The notes under the pieces are model-generated. The model did no database searches. It saw nothing but the letters and a program-made list of their open reading frames with translations, and was not told where the DNA came from. A stretch of 64,000 bases of DNA, taken from the human T2T-CHM13v2.0 reference genome, Homo sapiens. The position numbers and the translations under genes are program-made. Every line of letters starts with the position of its first letter. Position 1 is the stretch's first letter. Positions 39,348 to 58,693 of the stretch are shown here, piece by piece. The stretch lies in NCBI RefSeq assembly GCF_009914755.1, contig NC_060948.1. One strand, 5' to 3'.

Positions 39348-41445
39348 AGATCCATATTTTTTAAATGAAAAAAAATTTCAAAGGTACTCTGCTTGGTACA
39401 ATAATCAAATGTATAAACTGAGGAATAAAACATAACCATGAAACCTGCTTATAACTGCATATGGAAAATACAGAGGATAATTTTTTAAATAACATATTTT
39501 GAAAGCCTTAACTAGTAATTTGAAGAGTTGGCATTTGAAAGGCCAGTATGAATATACCTTCAAAGCAGCAACACAGGTTCCCCATGAGAAAAAGCAAACA
39601 CAGGGAAAATAAAAACACAAAGGTTCAATCTCTTCTGACCTTTGAAAGACACAGCACAGACAGTGGTCCTTAGGACGAAGAGCAGGAGACCCCTAATTCC
39701 GTCACCATGGCGATAGGGCATAAACATTGCTGGGTGAGGGCACAATCCACATTGTGAGGTCCAACTGCTGCCAGGAAGACAGGAGTGCTTTTACATAGAC
39801 CGAAAGGTCATTGAAGGCTCAGAGTTTTGTTTCAAGAACTGAATCCCAAGCCCACACATTATTAGGCTGCGCTTCTTAAAACAAGTTATGAGATGGGAAA
39901 AAGGGCACCCACAAACATACGTATACATTATGTATATAATAATATACAGTATCATATATATAATATATATAACCTATGTATAATATTGTTTTACATCCTG
40001 CATCTTATGTTATATATATTGTATAAAATATAATAATTGATAATATATAAGTTTTATAATTATACAATATGACATATAGTATATATTATAATTTATGACA
40101 TATATAATATATGTTATATGTCATATATAGAATATATTATACGGTTAATATACGTATTAAATATAAATTATACATTATATATATTATATATAATATATCT
40201 GTTATATATAATACCCATTATGCATAATATATATATTATGTCTATGTTATATATAGTATAAAACAACATATAATAATATATAATTGTATATATAAAATGC
40301 GACATATAATATATATTATATTTTATAACATATGTAATATATATTATATATAATACGTTGTATGTATAATACCTATATTAAATATATATTATATGACTAT
40401 GTTATTAATTACATGTCACATGTGTTATATATTATATATTTTACATAGAATATACCGGTTACATACAATATATACTATGTTACCTATAATGTATAATTTA
40501 TTACATGTAAAATAAAGAATGCAATATATTATGTATAATTTATAATATACAATATGTGGAATGTGATATATATAACATATAATATATGATATATGATATA
40601 CAGTATATGATATATAACATACAATATATGATTCCTAATATATATGGTATACAATATATATTTTATGATATGTATTCTATATGTTTTATATTCTATTATA
40701 TATAACTATTTGAAATTATATATAACTGTATAATATTTTATGTAAATATGTAATATAATATATATAACTATATAATATATTATATATAACTATATATTAT
40801 GTTATATATACTTTTATAACATAATTTACCTAAAATATCATAATATAATATATATTATATTATTTCATATTACATAATATATATTACATATCACCCAATA
40901 TAACTAACATACATAATATTATAATATAGATTATATTGTGTTATATTAAATATCATATATATCATGTATCATATATTCTATAATATATATTACACATTAT
41001 ATAATATGTATGTTGTCTATTATGTGATATATATAACTCTATATATAATTATATTTTTATACATATAACTAGATAAACATGTAATTCTACATATTTTCAT
41101 TTATAATATGTAGAATTATATAATCATATATAATTATTTATATTCTATAAAAAATTTTATCATTATATAAATTATAATATATAAAAATTATAATATGTAC
41201 TACAAATATATATATTATATATCATATATGATATAGTACCTTTGTTATATATCATAATACATATAAATGTGTATTATGTTATCTATAATTATATAATTTC
41301 ATATATAAGATGTATAATATGTATCATATATTATATATGTTATGTAATATATATAGTATATATAAGATGACACAGGATAAATATTATATACTATGACATA
41401 TAAAATATATGAGGTTATATGTTACATATAAGGCATAGCACATAA

Positions 41446-41760
<315 letters not shown>

Positions 41761-43858
41761 AGATCCATATTTTTTAAATGAAAAAAAATTTCAAAGGTAC
41801 TCTGCTTGGTACAATAATCAAATGTATAAACTGAGGAATAAAACATAACCATGAAACCTACTTATAACTGCATATGGAAAATACAGAGGATAATTTTTTA
41901 AATAACATATTTTGAAAGCCTTAACTAGTAATTTGAAGAGTTGGCATTTGAAAGGCCAGTATGAATATACCTTCAAAGCAGCAACACAGGTTCCCCATGA
42001 GAAAAAGCAAACACAGGGAAAATAAAAACACAAAGGTTCAATCTCTTCTGACCTTTGAAAGACACAGCACAGACAGTGGTCCTTAGGACGAAGAGCAGGA
42101 GACCCCTAATTCCGTCACCATGGCGATAGGGCATAAACATTGCTGGGTGAGGGCACAATCCACATTGTGAGGTCCAACTGCTGCCAGGAAGACAGGAGTG
42201 CTTTTACATAGACCGAAAGGTCATTGAAGGCTCAGAGTTTTGTTTCAAGAACTGAATCCCAAGCCCACACGTTATTAGGCTGCGCTTCTTAAAACAAGTT
42301 ATGAGATGGGAAAAAGGGCACCCACAAACATACGTATACATTATGTATATAATAATATACAGTATCATATATATAATATATATAACCTATGTATAATATT
42401 GTTTTACATCCTGCATCTTATGTTATATATATTGTATAAAATATAATAATTGATAATATATAAGTTTTATAATTATACAATATGACATATAGTATATATT
42501 ATAATTTATGACATATATAATATATGTTATATGTCATATATAGAATATATTATACGGTTAATATACGTATTAAATATAAATTATACATTATATATATTAT
42601 ATATAATATATCTGTTATATATAATACCCATTATGCATAATATATATATTATGTCTATGTTATATATAGTATAAAACAACATATAATAATATATAATTGT
42701 ATATATAAAATGCGTCATATAATATATATTATATTTTATAACATATGTAATATATATTATATATAATACGTTGTATGTATAATACCTATATTAAATATAT
42801 ATTATATGACTATGTTATTAATTACATGTCACATGTGTTATATATTATATATTTTACATAGAATATACCGGTTACATACAATATATACTATGTTACCTAT
42901 AATGTATAATTTATTACATGTAAAATAAAGAATGCAATATATTATGTATAATTTATAATATACAATATGTGGAATGTGATATATATAACATATAATATAT
43001 GATATATGATATACAGTATATGATATATAACATACAATATATGATTCCTAATATATATGGTATACAATATATATTTTATGATATGTATTCTATATGTTTT
43101 ATATTCTGTTATATATAACTATTTGAAATTATATATAACTGTATAATATTTTATGAAAATATGTAATATAATATATATAACTATATAATATATTATATAT
43201 AACTATATATTATGTTATATATACTTTTATAACATAATTTACATAAAATATCATAATATAATATATATTATATTATTTCATATTACATAATATATATTAC
43301 ATATCACCCAATATAACTAACATACATAATATTATAATATAGATTATATTGTGTTATATTAAATATCATATATATCATGTATCATATATTCTATAATATA
43401 TATTACACATTATATAATATGTATGTTGTTTATTATGTGATATATATAACTCTATATATAATTATATTTTTATACATATAACTAGATAAACATGTAATTC
43501 TACATATTTTCATTTATAATATGTAGAATTATATAATCATATATAATTATTTATATTCTATAAAAAATTTTATCATTATATAAACTATAATATATAAAAA
43601 TTATAATATGTACTACAAATATATATATTATATATCATATATGATATAGTACCTTTGTTATATATCATAATACATATAAATGTGTATTATGTTATCTATA
43701 ATTATATAATTTCATATATAAGATGTATAATATGTATCATATATTATATATGTTATGTAACATATATAGTATATATAAGATGACACAGGATAAATATTAT
43801 ATACTATGACATATAAAATATATGAGGTTATATGTTACATATAAGGCATAGCACATAA

Positions 43859-44173
<315 letters not shown>

Positions 44174-46278
44174 AGATCCATATTTTTTAAATGAAAAAAA
44201 ATTTCAAAGGTACTCTGCTTGGTACAATAATCAAATGTATAAACTGAGGAATAAAACATAACCATGAAACCTACTTATAACTGCATATGGAAAATACAGA
44301 GGATAATTTTTTAAATAACATATTTTGAAAGCCTTAACTAGTAATTTGAAGAGTTGGCATTTGAAAGGCCAGTATGAATATACCTTCAAAGCAGCAACAC
44401 AGGTTCCCCATGAGAAAAAGCAAACACAGGGAAAATAAAAACACAAAGGTTCAATCTCTTCTGACCTTTGAAAGACACAGCACAGACAGTGGTCCTTAGG
44501 ACGAAGAGCAGGAGACCCCTAATTCCGTCACCATGGCGATAGGGCATAAACATTGCTGGGTGAGGGCACAATCCACATTGTGAGGTCCAACTGCTGCCAG
44601 GAAGACAGGAGTGCTTTTACATAGACCGAAAGGTCATTGAAGGCTCAGAGTTTTGTTTCAAGAACTGAATCCCAAGCCCACACGTTATTAGGCTGTGCTT
44701 CTTAAAACAAGTTATGAGATGGGAAAAAGGGCACCCACAAACATACGTATACATTATGTATATAATAATATACAGTATCATATATATAATATATATAACC
44801 TATGTATAATATTGTTTTACATCCTGCATCTTATGTTATATATATTGTATAAAATATAATAATTGATAATATATAAGTTTTATAATTATACAATATGACA
44901 TATAGTATATATTATAATTTATGACATATATAATATATGTTATATGTCATATATAGAATATATTATACGGTTAATATACGTATTAAATATAAATTATACA
45001 TTATATATATTATATATAATATATCTGTTATATATAATACCCATTATGCATAATATATATATTATGTCTACGTTATATATAGTATAAAACAACATATAAT
45101 AATATATAATTGTATATATAAAATGCGACATATAATATATATTATATTTTATAACATATGTAATATATATTATATATTATATATAATACGTTGTATGTAT
45201 AATACCTATATTAAATATATATTATATGACTATGTTATTAATTACATGTCACATGTGTTATATATTATATATTTTACATAGAATATACCGGTTACATACA
45301 ATATATACTATGTTACCTATAATGTATAATTTATTACATGTAAAATAAAGAATGCAATATATTATGTATAATTTATAATATACAATATGTGGAATGTGAT
45401 ATATATAACATATAATATATGATATATGATATACAGTATATGATATATAACATACAATATATGATTCCTAATATATATGGTATACAATATATATTTTATG
45501 ATATGTATTCTATATGTTTTATATTCTGTTATATATAACTATTTGAAATTATATATAACTGTATAATATTTTATGAAAATATGTAATATAATATATATAA
45601 CTATATAATATATTATATCTAACTATATATTATGTTATATATACTTTTATAACATAATTTACATAAAATATCATAATATAATATATATTATATTATTTCA
45701 TATTACATAATATATATTACATATCACCCAATATAACTAACATACATAATATTATAATATAGATTATATTGTGTTATATTAAATATCATATATATCATGT
45801 ATCATATATTCTATAATATATATTACACATTATATAATATGTATGTTGTCTATTATGTGATATATATAACTCTATATATAATTATATTTTTATACATATA
45901 ACTAGATAAACATGTAATTCTACATATTTTCATTTATACTATGTAGAATTATATAATCATATATAATTATTTATATTCTATAAAAAATTTTATCATTATA
46001 TAAACTATAATATATAAAAATTATAATATGTACTACAAATATATATATTATATATCATATATGATATAGTACCTTTGTTATATATCATAATACATATAAA
46101 TGTGTATTATGTTATCTATAATTATATAATTTCATATATAAGATGTATAATATGTATCATATATTATATATGTTATGTAATATATATAGTATATATAAGA
46201 TGACACAGGATAAATATTATATACTATGACATATAAAATATATGAGGTTATATGTTACATATAAGGCATAGCACATAA

Positions 46279-46593
<315 letters not shown>

Positions 46594-48698
46594 AGATCCA
46601 TATTTTTTAAATGAAAAAAAATTTCAAAGGTACTCTGCTTGGTACAATAATCAAATGTATAAACTGAGGAATAAAACATAACCATGAAACCTACTTATAA
46701 CTGCATATGGAAAATACAGAGGATAATTTTTTAAATAACATATTTTGAAAGCCTTAACTAGTAATTTGAAGAGTTGGCATTTGAAAGGCCAGTATGAATA
46801 TACCTTCAAAGCAGCAACACAGGTTCCCCATGAGAAAAAGCAAACACAGGGAAAATAAAAACACAAAGGTTCAATCTCTTCTGACCTTTGAAAGACACAG
46901 CACAGACAGTGGTCCTTAGGACGAAGAGCAGGAGACCCCTAATTCCGTCACCATGGCGATAGGGCATAAACATTGCTGGGTGAGGGCACAATCCACATTG
47001 TGAGGTCCAACTGCTGCCAGGAAGACAGGAGTGCTTTTACATAGACCGAAAGGTCATTGAAGGCTCAGAGTTTTGTTTCAAGAACTGAATCCCAAGCCCA
47101 CACGTTATTAGGCTGTGCTTCTTAAAACAAGTTATGAGATGGGAAAAAGGGCACCCACAAACATACGTATACATTATGTATATAATAATATACAGTATCA
47201 TATATATAATATATATAACCTATGTATAATATTGTTTTACATCCTGCATCTTATGTTATATATATTGTATAAAATATAATAATTGATAATATATAAGTTT
47301 TATAATTATACAATATGACATATAGTATATATTATAATTTATGACATATATAATATATGTTATATGTCATATATAGAATATATTATACGGTTAATATACG
47401 TATTAAATATAAATTATACATTATATATATTATATATAATATATCTGTTATATATAATACCCATTATGCATAATATATATATTATGTCTACGTTATATAT
47501 AGTATAAAACAACATATAATAATATATAATTGTATATATAAAATGCGACATATAATATATATTATATTTTATAAAATATGTAATATATATTATATATTAT
47601 ATATAATACGTTGTATGTATAATACCTATATTAAATATATATTATATGACTATGTTATTAATTACATGTCACATGTGTTATATATTATATATTTTACATA
47701 GAATATACCGGTTACATACAATATATACTATGTTACCTATAATGTATAATTTATTACATGTAAAATAAAGAATGCAATATATTATGTATAATTTATAATA
47801 TACAATATGTGGAATGTGATATATATAACATATAATATATGATATATGATATACAGTATATGATATATAACATACAATATATGATTCCTAATATATATGG
47901 TATACAATATATATTTTATGATATGTATTCTATATGTTTTATATTCTGTTATATATAACTATTTGAAATTATATATAACTGTATAATATTTTATGTAAAT
48001 ATGTAATATAATATATATAACTATATAATATATTATATATAACTATATATTATGTTATATATACTTTTATAACATAATTTACATAAAATATCATAATATA
48101 ATATATATTATATTATTTCATATTACATAATATATATTACATATCACCCAATATAACTAACATACATAATATTATAATATAGATTATATTGTGTTATATT
48201 AAATATCATATATATCATGTATCATATATTCTATAATATATATTACACATTATATAATATGTATGTTGTCTATTATGTGATATATATAACTCTATATATA
48301 ATTATATTTTTATACATATAACTAGATAAACATGTAATTCTACATATTTTCATTTATACTATGTAGAATTATATAATCATATATAATTATTTATATTCTA
48401 TAAAAAATTTTATCATTATATAAACTATAATATATAAAAATTATAATATGTACTACAAATATATATATTATATATCATATATGATATAGTACCTTTGTTA
48501 TATATCATAATACATATAAATGTGTATTATGTTATCTATAATTATATAATTTCATATATAAGATGTATAATATGTATCATATATTATATATGTTATGTAA
48601 TATATATAGTATATATAAGATGACACAGGATAAATATTATATACTATGACATATAAAATATATGAGGTTATATGTTACATATAAGGCATAGCACATAA

Positions 48699-49013
<315 letters not shown>

Positions 49014-51118
49014 AGATCCATATTTTTTAAATGAAAAAAAATTTCAAAGGTACTCTGCTTGGTACAATAATCAAATGTATAAACTGAGGAATAAAACATA
49101 ACCATGAAACCTGCTTATAACTGCATATGGAAAATACAGAGGATAATTTTTTAAATAACATATTTTGAAAGCCTTAACTAGTAATTTGAAGAGTTGGCAT
49201 TTGAAAGGCCAGTATGAATATACCTTCAAAGCAGCAACACAGGTTCCCCATGAGAAAAAGCAAACACAGGGAAAATAAAAACACAAAGGTTCAATCTCTT
49301 CTGACCTTTGAAAGACACAGCACAGACAGTGGTCCTTAGGACGAAGAGCAGGAGACCCCTAATTCCGTCACCATGGCGATAGGGCATAAACATTGCTGGG
49401 TGAGGGCACAATCCACATTGTGAGGTCCAACTGCTGCCAGGAAGACAGGAGTGCTTTTACATAGACCGAAAGGTCATTGAAGGCTCAGAGTTTTGTTTCA
49501 AGAACTGAATCCCAAGCCCACACGTTATTAGGCTGCGCTTCTTAAAACAAGTTATGAGATGGGAAAAAGGGCACCCACAAACATACGTATACATTATGTA
49601 TATAATAATATACAGTATCATATATATAATATATATAACCTATGTATAATATTGTTTTACATCCTGCATCTTATGTTATATATATTGTATAAAATATAAT
49701 AATTGATAATATATAAGTTTTATAATTATACAATATGACATATAGTATATATTATAATTTATGACATATATAATATATGTTATATATCATATATAGAATA
49801 TATTATACGGTTAATATACGTATTAAATATAAATTATACATTATATATATTATATATAATATATCTGTTATATATAATACCCATTATGCATGATATATAT
49901 ATTATGTCTATGTTATATATAGTATAAAACAACATATAATAATATATAATTGTATATATAAAATGCGACATATAATATATATTATATTTTATAACATATG
50001 TAATATATATTATATATTATATATAATACGTTGTATGTATAATACCTATATTAAATATATATTATATGACTATGTTATTAATTACATGTCACATGTGTTA
50101 TATATTATATATTTTACATAGAATATACCGGTTACATACAATATATACTAAGTTACCTATAATGTATAATTTATTACATGTAAAATAAAGAATGCAATAT
50201 ATTATGTATAATTTATAATATACAATATGTGGAATGTGATATATATAACATATAATATATGATATATGATATACAGTATATGATATATAACATACAATAT
50301 ATGATTCCTAATATATATGGTATACAATATATATTTTATGATATGTATTCTATATGTTTTATATTCTGTTATATATAACTATTTGAAATTATATATAACT
50401 GTATAATATTTTATGTAAATATGTAATATAATATATATAACTATATAATATATTATATATAACTATATATTATGTTATATATACTTTTATAACATAATTT
50501 ACATAAAATATCATAATATAATATATATTATATTATTTCATATTACATAATATATATTACATATCACCCAATATAACTAACATACATAATATTATAATAT
50601 AGATTATATTGTGTTATATTAAATATCATATATATCATGTATCATATATTCTATAATATATATTACACATTATATAATATGTATGTTGTCTATTATGTGA
50701 TATATATGACTCTATATATAATTATATTTTTATACATATAACTAGATAAACATGTAATTCTACATATTTTCATTTATAATATGTAGAATTATATAATCAT
50801 ATATAATTATTTATATTCTATAAAAAATTTTATCATTATATAAATTATAATATATAAAAATTATAATATGTACTACAAATATATATATTATATATCATAT
50901 ATGATATAGTACCTTTGTTATATATCATAATACATATAAATGTGTATTATGTTATCTATAATTATATAATTTCATATATAAGATGTATAATATGTATCAT
51001 ATATTATATATGTTATGTAATATATACAGTATATATAAGATGACACAGGATAAATATTATATACTATGACATATAAAATATATGAGGTTATATGTTACAT
51101 ATAAGGCATAGCACATAA

Positions 51119-51433
<315 letters not shown>

Positions 51434-53561
51434 AGATCCATATTTTTTAAATGAAAAAAAATTTCAAAGGTACTCTGCTTGGTACAATAATCAAATGTAT
51501 AAACTGAGGAATAAAACATAACCATGAAACCTACCTATAACTGCATATGGAAAATACAGAGGATAATTTTTTAAATAACATATTTTGAAAGCCTTAACTA
51601 GTAATTTGAAGAGTTGGCATTTGAAAGGCCAGTATGAATATACCTTCAAAGCAGCAACACAGGTTCCCCATGAGAAAAAGCAAACACAGGGAAAATGAAA
51701 CCACAAAGGTTCAATCTCTTCTGACCTTTGAAAGACACAGCACAGACAGTGGTCCTTAGGACGAAGAGCAGGAGACCCCTAATTCCGTCACCATGGCGAT
51801 AGGGCATAAACATTGCTGGGTGAGGGCACAATCCACATTGTGAGGTCCAACTGCTGCCAGGAAGACAGGAGTGCTTTTACATAGACCGAAAGGTCATTGA
51901 AGGCTCAGAGTTTTGTTTCAAGAACTGAATCCCAAGCCCACACTTTATTAGGCTGCGCTTCTTAAAACAAGTTATGAGATGGGAAAAAGGGCACCCACAA
52001 ACATACGTATACATTATGTATATAATAATATACAGTATCATATATATAATATATATAACCTATGTATAATATTGTTTTACATCCTGCATCTTATGTTATA
52101 TATATTGTATAAAATATAATAATTGATAATATATAAGTTTTATAATTATACAATATGACATATAGTATATATTATAATTTATGACATATATAATATGTGT
52201 TATATGTCATATATAGAATATATTATACGGTTAATATACGTATTAAATATAAATTATACATTATATATATTATATATAATATATCTGTTATATATAATAC
52301 CCATTATGCATAATATATATATTATGTCTATGTTATATATAGTATAAAACAACATATAATAATATATAATTGTATATATAAAATGCGACATATAATATAT
52401 ATTATATTTTATAACATATTTAATATATATTATATATTATATATAATACGTTGTATGTATAATACCTATATTAAATATATATTATATGACTATGTTATTA
52501 ATTACATGTCACATGTGTTATATATTATATATTTTACATAGAATATACCGGTTACATACAATATATACTATGTTACCTATAATGTATAATTTATTACATG
52601 TAAAATAAAGAATGCAATATATTATGTATAATTTATAATATACAATATGTGGAATGTGATATATATAACATATAATATATGATATATGATATACAGTATA
52701 TGATATATAACATACAATATATGATTCCTAATATATATGGTATACAATATATATTTTATGATATGTATTCTATATGTTTTATATTCTGTTATATATAACT
52801 ATTTGAAATTATATATAACTGTATAATATTTTATGTAAATATGTAATATAATATATATAACTATATAATATATTATATATAACTATATATTATGTTATAT
52901 ATACTTTTATAGCATAATTTACATAAAATATCATAATATAATATATATTATATTATTTCATATTACATAATATATATTACATATCACCCAATATAACTAA
53001 CATACATAATATTATAATATAGATTATATTGTGTTATATTAAATATCATATATATCATGTATCATATATTCTATAATATATATTACACATTATATAATAT
53101 GTATGTTGTCTATTATGTGATATATATAACTCTATATATAATTATATTTTTATACATATAACTAGATAAACATGTAATTCTACATATTTTCATTTATAAT
53201 ATATAGAATTATATAATCATATATAATTATTTATATTCTATAAAAAATTTTATCATTATATAAATTATAATATATAAAAATTATAATATGTACTACAAAT
53301 ATATATATTATATATCATATATGATATAGTACCTTTGTTATATATCATAATACATATAAATGTGTATTATGTTATCTATAATTATATAATTTCATATATA
53401 AGATGTATAATATGTATCATATATTATATATGTTATGTAATATATACAGTATATATAAGATGACACAGGATAAATATTATATACTATGACATATAAAATA
53501 TATGAGGTTATATGTTACATATAAGGCATAGCACATAACATGTAATATATATCATATATAA

Positions 53562-53853
53562 TTTTTTTTTAGACAGAATCTTGTCCTGTTCCACAGGGTG
53601 GGGTACAATGGCGCCATCTTTGCTCACTGCAACTTCTGCCTCACGGGTCCAAGCGATTGTCCTCCCTCAGCCTCCCAGGTAGCTGGGACTACACCACACT
53701 GGGACTACACCAGCTGCCACCATGCCTAGCTAATTTTTTGGATTTTTAGTAGTGACAGCGTTTCACTGTATTGGCCAGGATGGTCTTGATCTCTTCACCT
53801 TGTGATCCCCTTGCCTTGGCCTCCAAATTTGCTGGGATTACAGGCCTGAGCCA
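53562..53853 (-). mobile_element. Alu copy, unit 23
   Basis: Near-identical to 403-694. Confidence 0.95.
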
Positions 53854-55958
53854 AGATCCATATTTTTTAAATGAAAAAAAATTTCAAAGGTACTCTGCTT
53901 GGTACAATAATCAAATGTATAAACTGAGGAATAAAACATAACCATGAAACCTACTTATAACTGCATATGGAAAATACAGAGGATAATTTTTTAAATAACA
54001 TATTTTGAAAGCCTTAACTAGTAATTTGAAGAGTTGGCATTTGAAAGGCCAGTATGAATATACCTTCAAAGCAGCAACACAGGTTCCCCATGAGAAAAAG
54101 CAAACACAGGGGAAATAAAAACACAAAGGTTCAATCTCTTCTGACCTTTGAAAGACACAGCACAGACAGTGGTCCTTAGGACGAAGAGCAGGAGACCCCT
54201 AATTCCGTCACCATGGCGATAGGGCATAAACATTGCTGGGTGAGGGCACAATCCACATTGTGAGGTCCAACTGCTGCCAGGAAGACAGGAGTGCTTTTAC
54301 ATAGACCGAAAGGTCATTGAAGGCTCAGAGTTTTGTTTCAAGAACTGAATCCCAAGCCCACACGTTATTAGGCTGCGCTTCTTAAAACAAGTTATGAGAT
54401 GGGAAAAAGGGCACCCACAAACATACGTATACATTATGTATATAATAATATACAGTATCATATATATAATATATATAACCTATGTATAATATTGTTTTAC
54501 ATCCTGCATCTTATGTTATATATATTATATAAAATATAATAATTGATAATATATAAGTTTTATAATTATACAATATGACATATAGTATATATTATAATTT
54601 ATGACATATATAATATATGTTATATATCATATATAGAATATATTATACGGTTAATATATGTATTAAATATAAATTATACATTATATATATTATATATAAT
54701 ATATCTGTTATATATAATACCCATTATGCATAATATATATATTATGTCTATGTTATATATAGTATAAAACAACATATAATAATATATAATTGTATATATA
54801 AAATGCGACATATAACATATATTATATTTTCTAACATATGTAATATATATTATATATTATATATAATACGTTGTATGTATAATACCTATATTAAATATAT
54901 GTTATATGACTATGTTATTAATTACATGTCACATGTGTTATATATTATATATTTTACATAGAAGATACCGGTTACATACAATATATACTATGTTACGTAT
55001 AATGTATAATTTATTACATGTAAAATAAAGAATGCAATATATTATGTATAATTTATAATATACAATATGTGGAATGTGATATATATAACATATAATATAT
55101 GATATATGATATACAGTATATGATATATAACATACAATATATGATTCCTAATATATATGGTATACAATATATATTTTATGATATGTATTCTATATGTTTT
55201 ATATTCTGTTATATATAACTATTTGAAATTATATATAACTGTATAATATTTTATGTAAATATGTAATATAATATATATAACTATATAATATATTATATAT
55301 AACTATATATTATGTTATATATACTTTTATAACATAATTTACATAAAATATCATAATATAATATATATTATATTATTTCATATTTCATAATATATATTAC
55401 ATATCACCCAATATAACTAACATACATAATATTATAATATAGATTATATTGTGTTATATTAAATATCATATATACCATGTATCATATATTCTATAATATA
55501 TATTACACATTATATAATATGTATGTTGTCTATTATGTGATATATATAACTCTATATATAATTATATTTTTATACATATAACTAGATAAACATGTAATTC
55601 TACATATTTTCATTTATAATATGTAGAATTATATAATCATATATAATTATTTATATTCTATAAAAAATTTTATCATTATATAAATTATAATATATAAAAA
55701 TTATAATATGTACTACAAATATATATATTATATATCATATATGATATAGTACCTTTGTTATATATCATAATACATATAAATGTGTATTATGTTATCTATA
55801 ATTATATAATTTCATATATAAGATGTATAATATGTATCATATATTATATATGTTATGTAATATATATAGTATATATAAGATGACACAGGATAAATATTAT
55901 ATACTATGACATATAAAATATATGAGGTTATATGTTACATATAAGGCATAGCACATAA

Positions 55959-56273
<315 letters not shown>

Positions 56274-58378
56274 AGATCCATATTTTTTAAATGAAAAAAA
56301 ATTTCAAAGGTACTCTGCTTGGTACAATAATCAAATGTATAAACTGAGGAATAAAGCATAACCATGAAACCTACTTATAACTGCATATGGAAAATACAGA
56401 GGATAATTTTTTAAATAACATATTTTGAAAGCCTTAACTAGTAATTTGAAGAGTTGGCATTTGAAAGGCCAGTATGAATATACCTTCAAAGCAGCAACAC
56501 AGGTTCCCCATGAGGAAAAGCAAACTCAGGGAAAATAAAACCACAAAGGTTCAATCTCTTCTGACCTTTGAAAGACACAGCACAGACAGTGGTCCTTAGG
56601 ACGAAGAGCAGGAGACCCCTAATTCCGTCACCATGGCGATAGGGCATAAACATTGCTGGGTGAGGGCACAATCCACATTGTGAGGTCCAACTGCTGCCAG
56701 GAAGACAGGAGTGCTTTTACATAGACCGAAAGGTCATTGAAGGCTCAGAGTTTTATTTCAAGAACTGAATCCCAAGCCCACACGTTATTAGGCTGCGCTT
56801 CTTAAAACAAGTTATGAGATGGGAAAAAGGGCACCCACAAACATACGTATACATTATGTATATAATAATATACAGTATCATATATATAATATATATAACC
56901 TATGTATAATATTGTTTTACATCCTGCATCTTATGTTATATATATTGTATAAAATATAATAATTGATAATATATAAGTTTTATAATTATACAATATGACA
57001 TACAGTATATATTATAATTTATGACATATATAATATATGTTATATATCATATATAGAATATATTATACGGTTAATATACGTATTAAATATAAATTATACA
57101 TTATATATATTATATATAATATATCTGTTATATATAATACCCATTATGCATAATATATGTATTATGTCTATGTTATATATAGTATAAAACAACATATAAT
57201 AATATATAATTGTATATATAAAATGCGACATATAATATATATTATATTTTATAACATATGTAATATATATTATATATTATATATAATACGTTGTATGTAT
57301 AATACCTATATTAAATATATATTATATGACTATGTTATTAATTACATGTCACATGTGTTATATATTATATATTTTACATAGAATATACCGGTTACATACA
57401 ATATATACTAAGTTACCTATAATGTATAATTTATTACATGTAAAATAAAGAATGCAATATATTATGTATAATTTATAATATACAATATGTGGAATGTGAT
57501 ATATATAACATATAATATATGATATATGATATACAGTATATGATATATAACATACAATATATGATTCCTAATATATATGGTATACAATATATATTTTATG
57601 ATATGTATTCTATATGTTTTATATTCTGTTATATATAACTATTTGAAATTATATATAACTGTATAATATTTTATGTAAATATGTAATATAATATATATAA
57701 CTATGTAATATATTATATATAACTATATATTATGTTATATATACTTTTATAACATAATTTACATAAAATATCATAATATAATATATATTATATTATTTCA
57801 TATTACATAATATATATTACATATCACCCAATATAACTAACATACAGAATATTATAATATAGATTATATTGTGTTATATTAAATATCATATATATCATGT
57901 ATCATATATTCTATAATATATATTACACATTATATAATATGTATGTTGTCTATTATGTGATATATATAACTCTATATATAATTATATTTTTATACATATA
58001 ACTAGATAAACATGTAATTCCACATATTTTCATTTATAATATGTAGAATTATATAATCATATATAATTATTTATATTCTATAAAAACTTTTATCATTATA
58101 TAAATTATAATATATAAAAATTATAATATGTACTACAAATATATATATTATATATCATATATGATATAGTACCTTTGTTATATATCATAATACATATAAA
58201 TGTGTATTATGTTATCTATAATTATATAATTTCATATATAAGATGTATAATATGTATCATATATTACATATGTTATGTAATATATATAGTATATATAAGA
58301 TGACACAGGATAAATATTATATACTATGACATATAAAATATATGAGGTTATATGTTACATATAAGGCATAGCACATAA

Positions 58379-58693
<315 letters not shown>

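Noticed and set aside
57157-57381. 74 aa plus-strand ORF in U24
   Set aside because: It is created by a single ATA>ATG change, and the product is an Ile/Tyr/Asn translation of the TA-rich tract.
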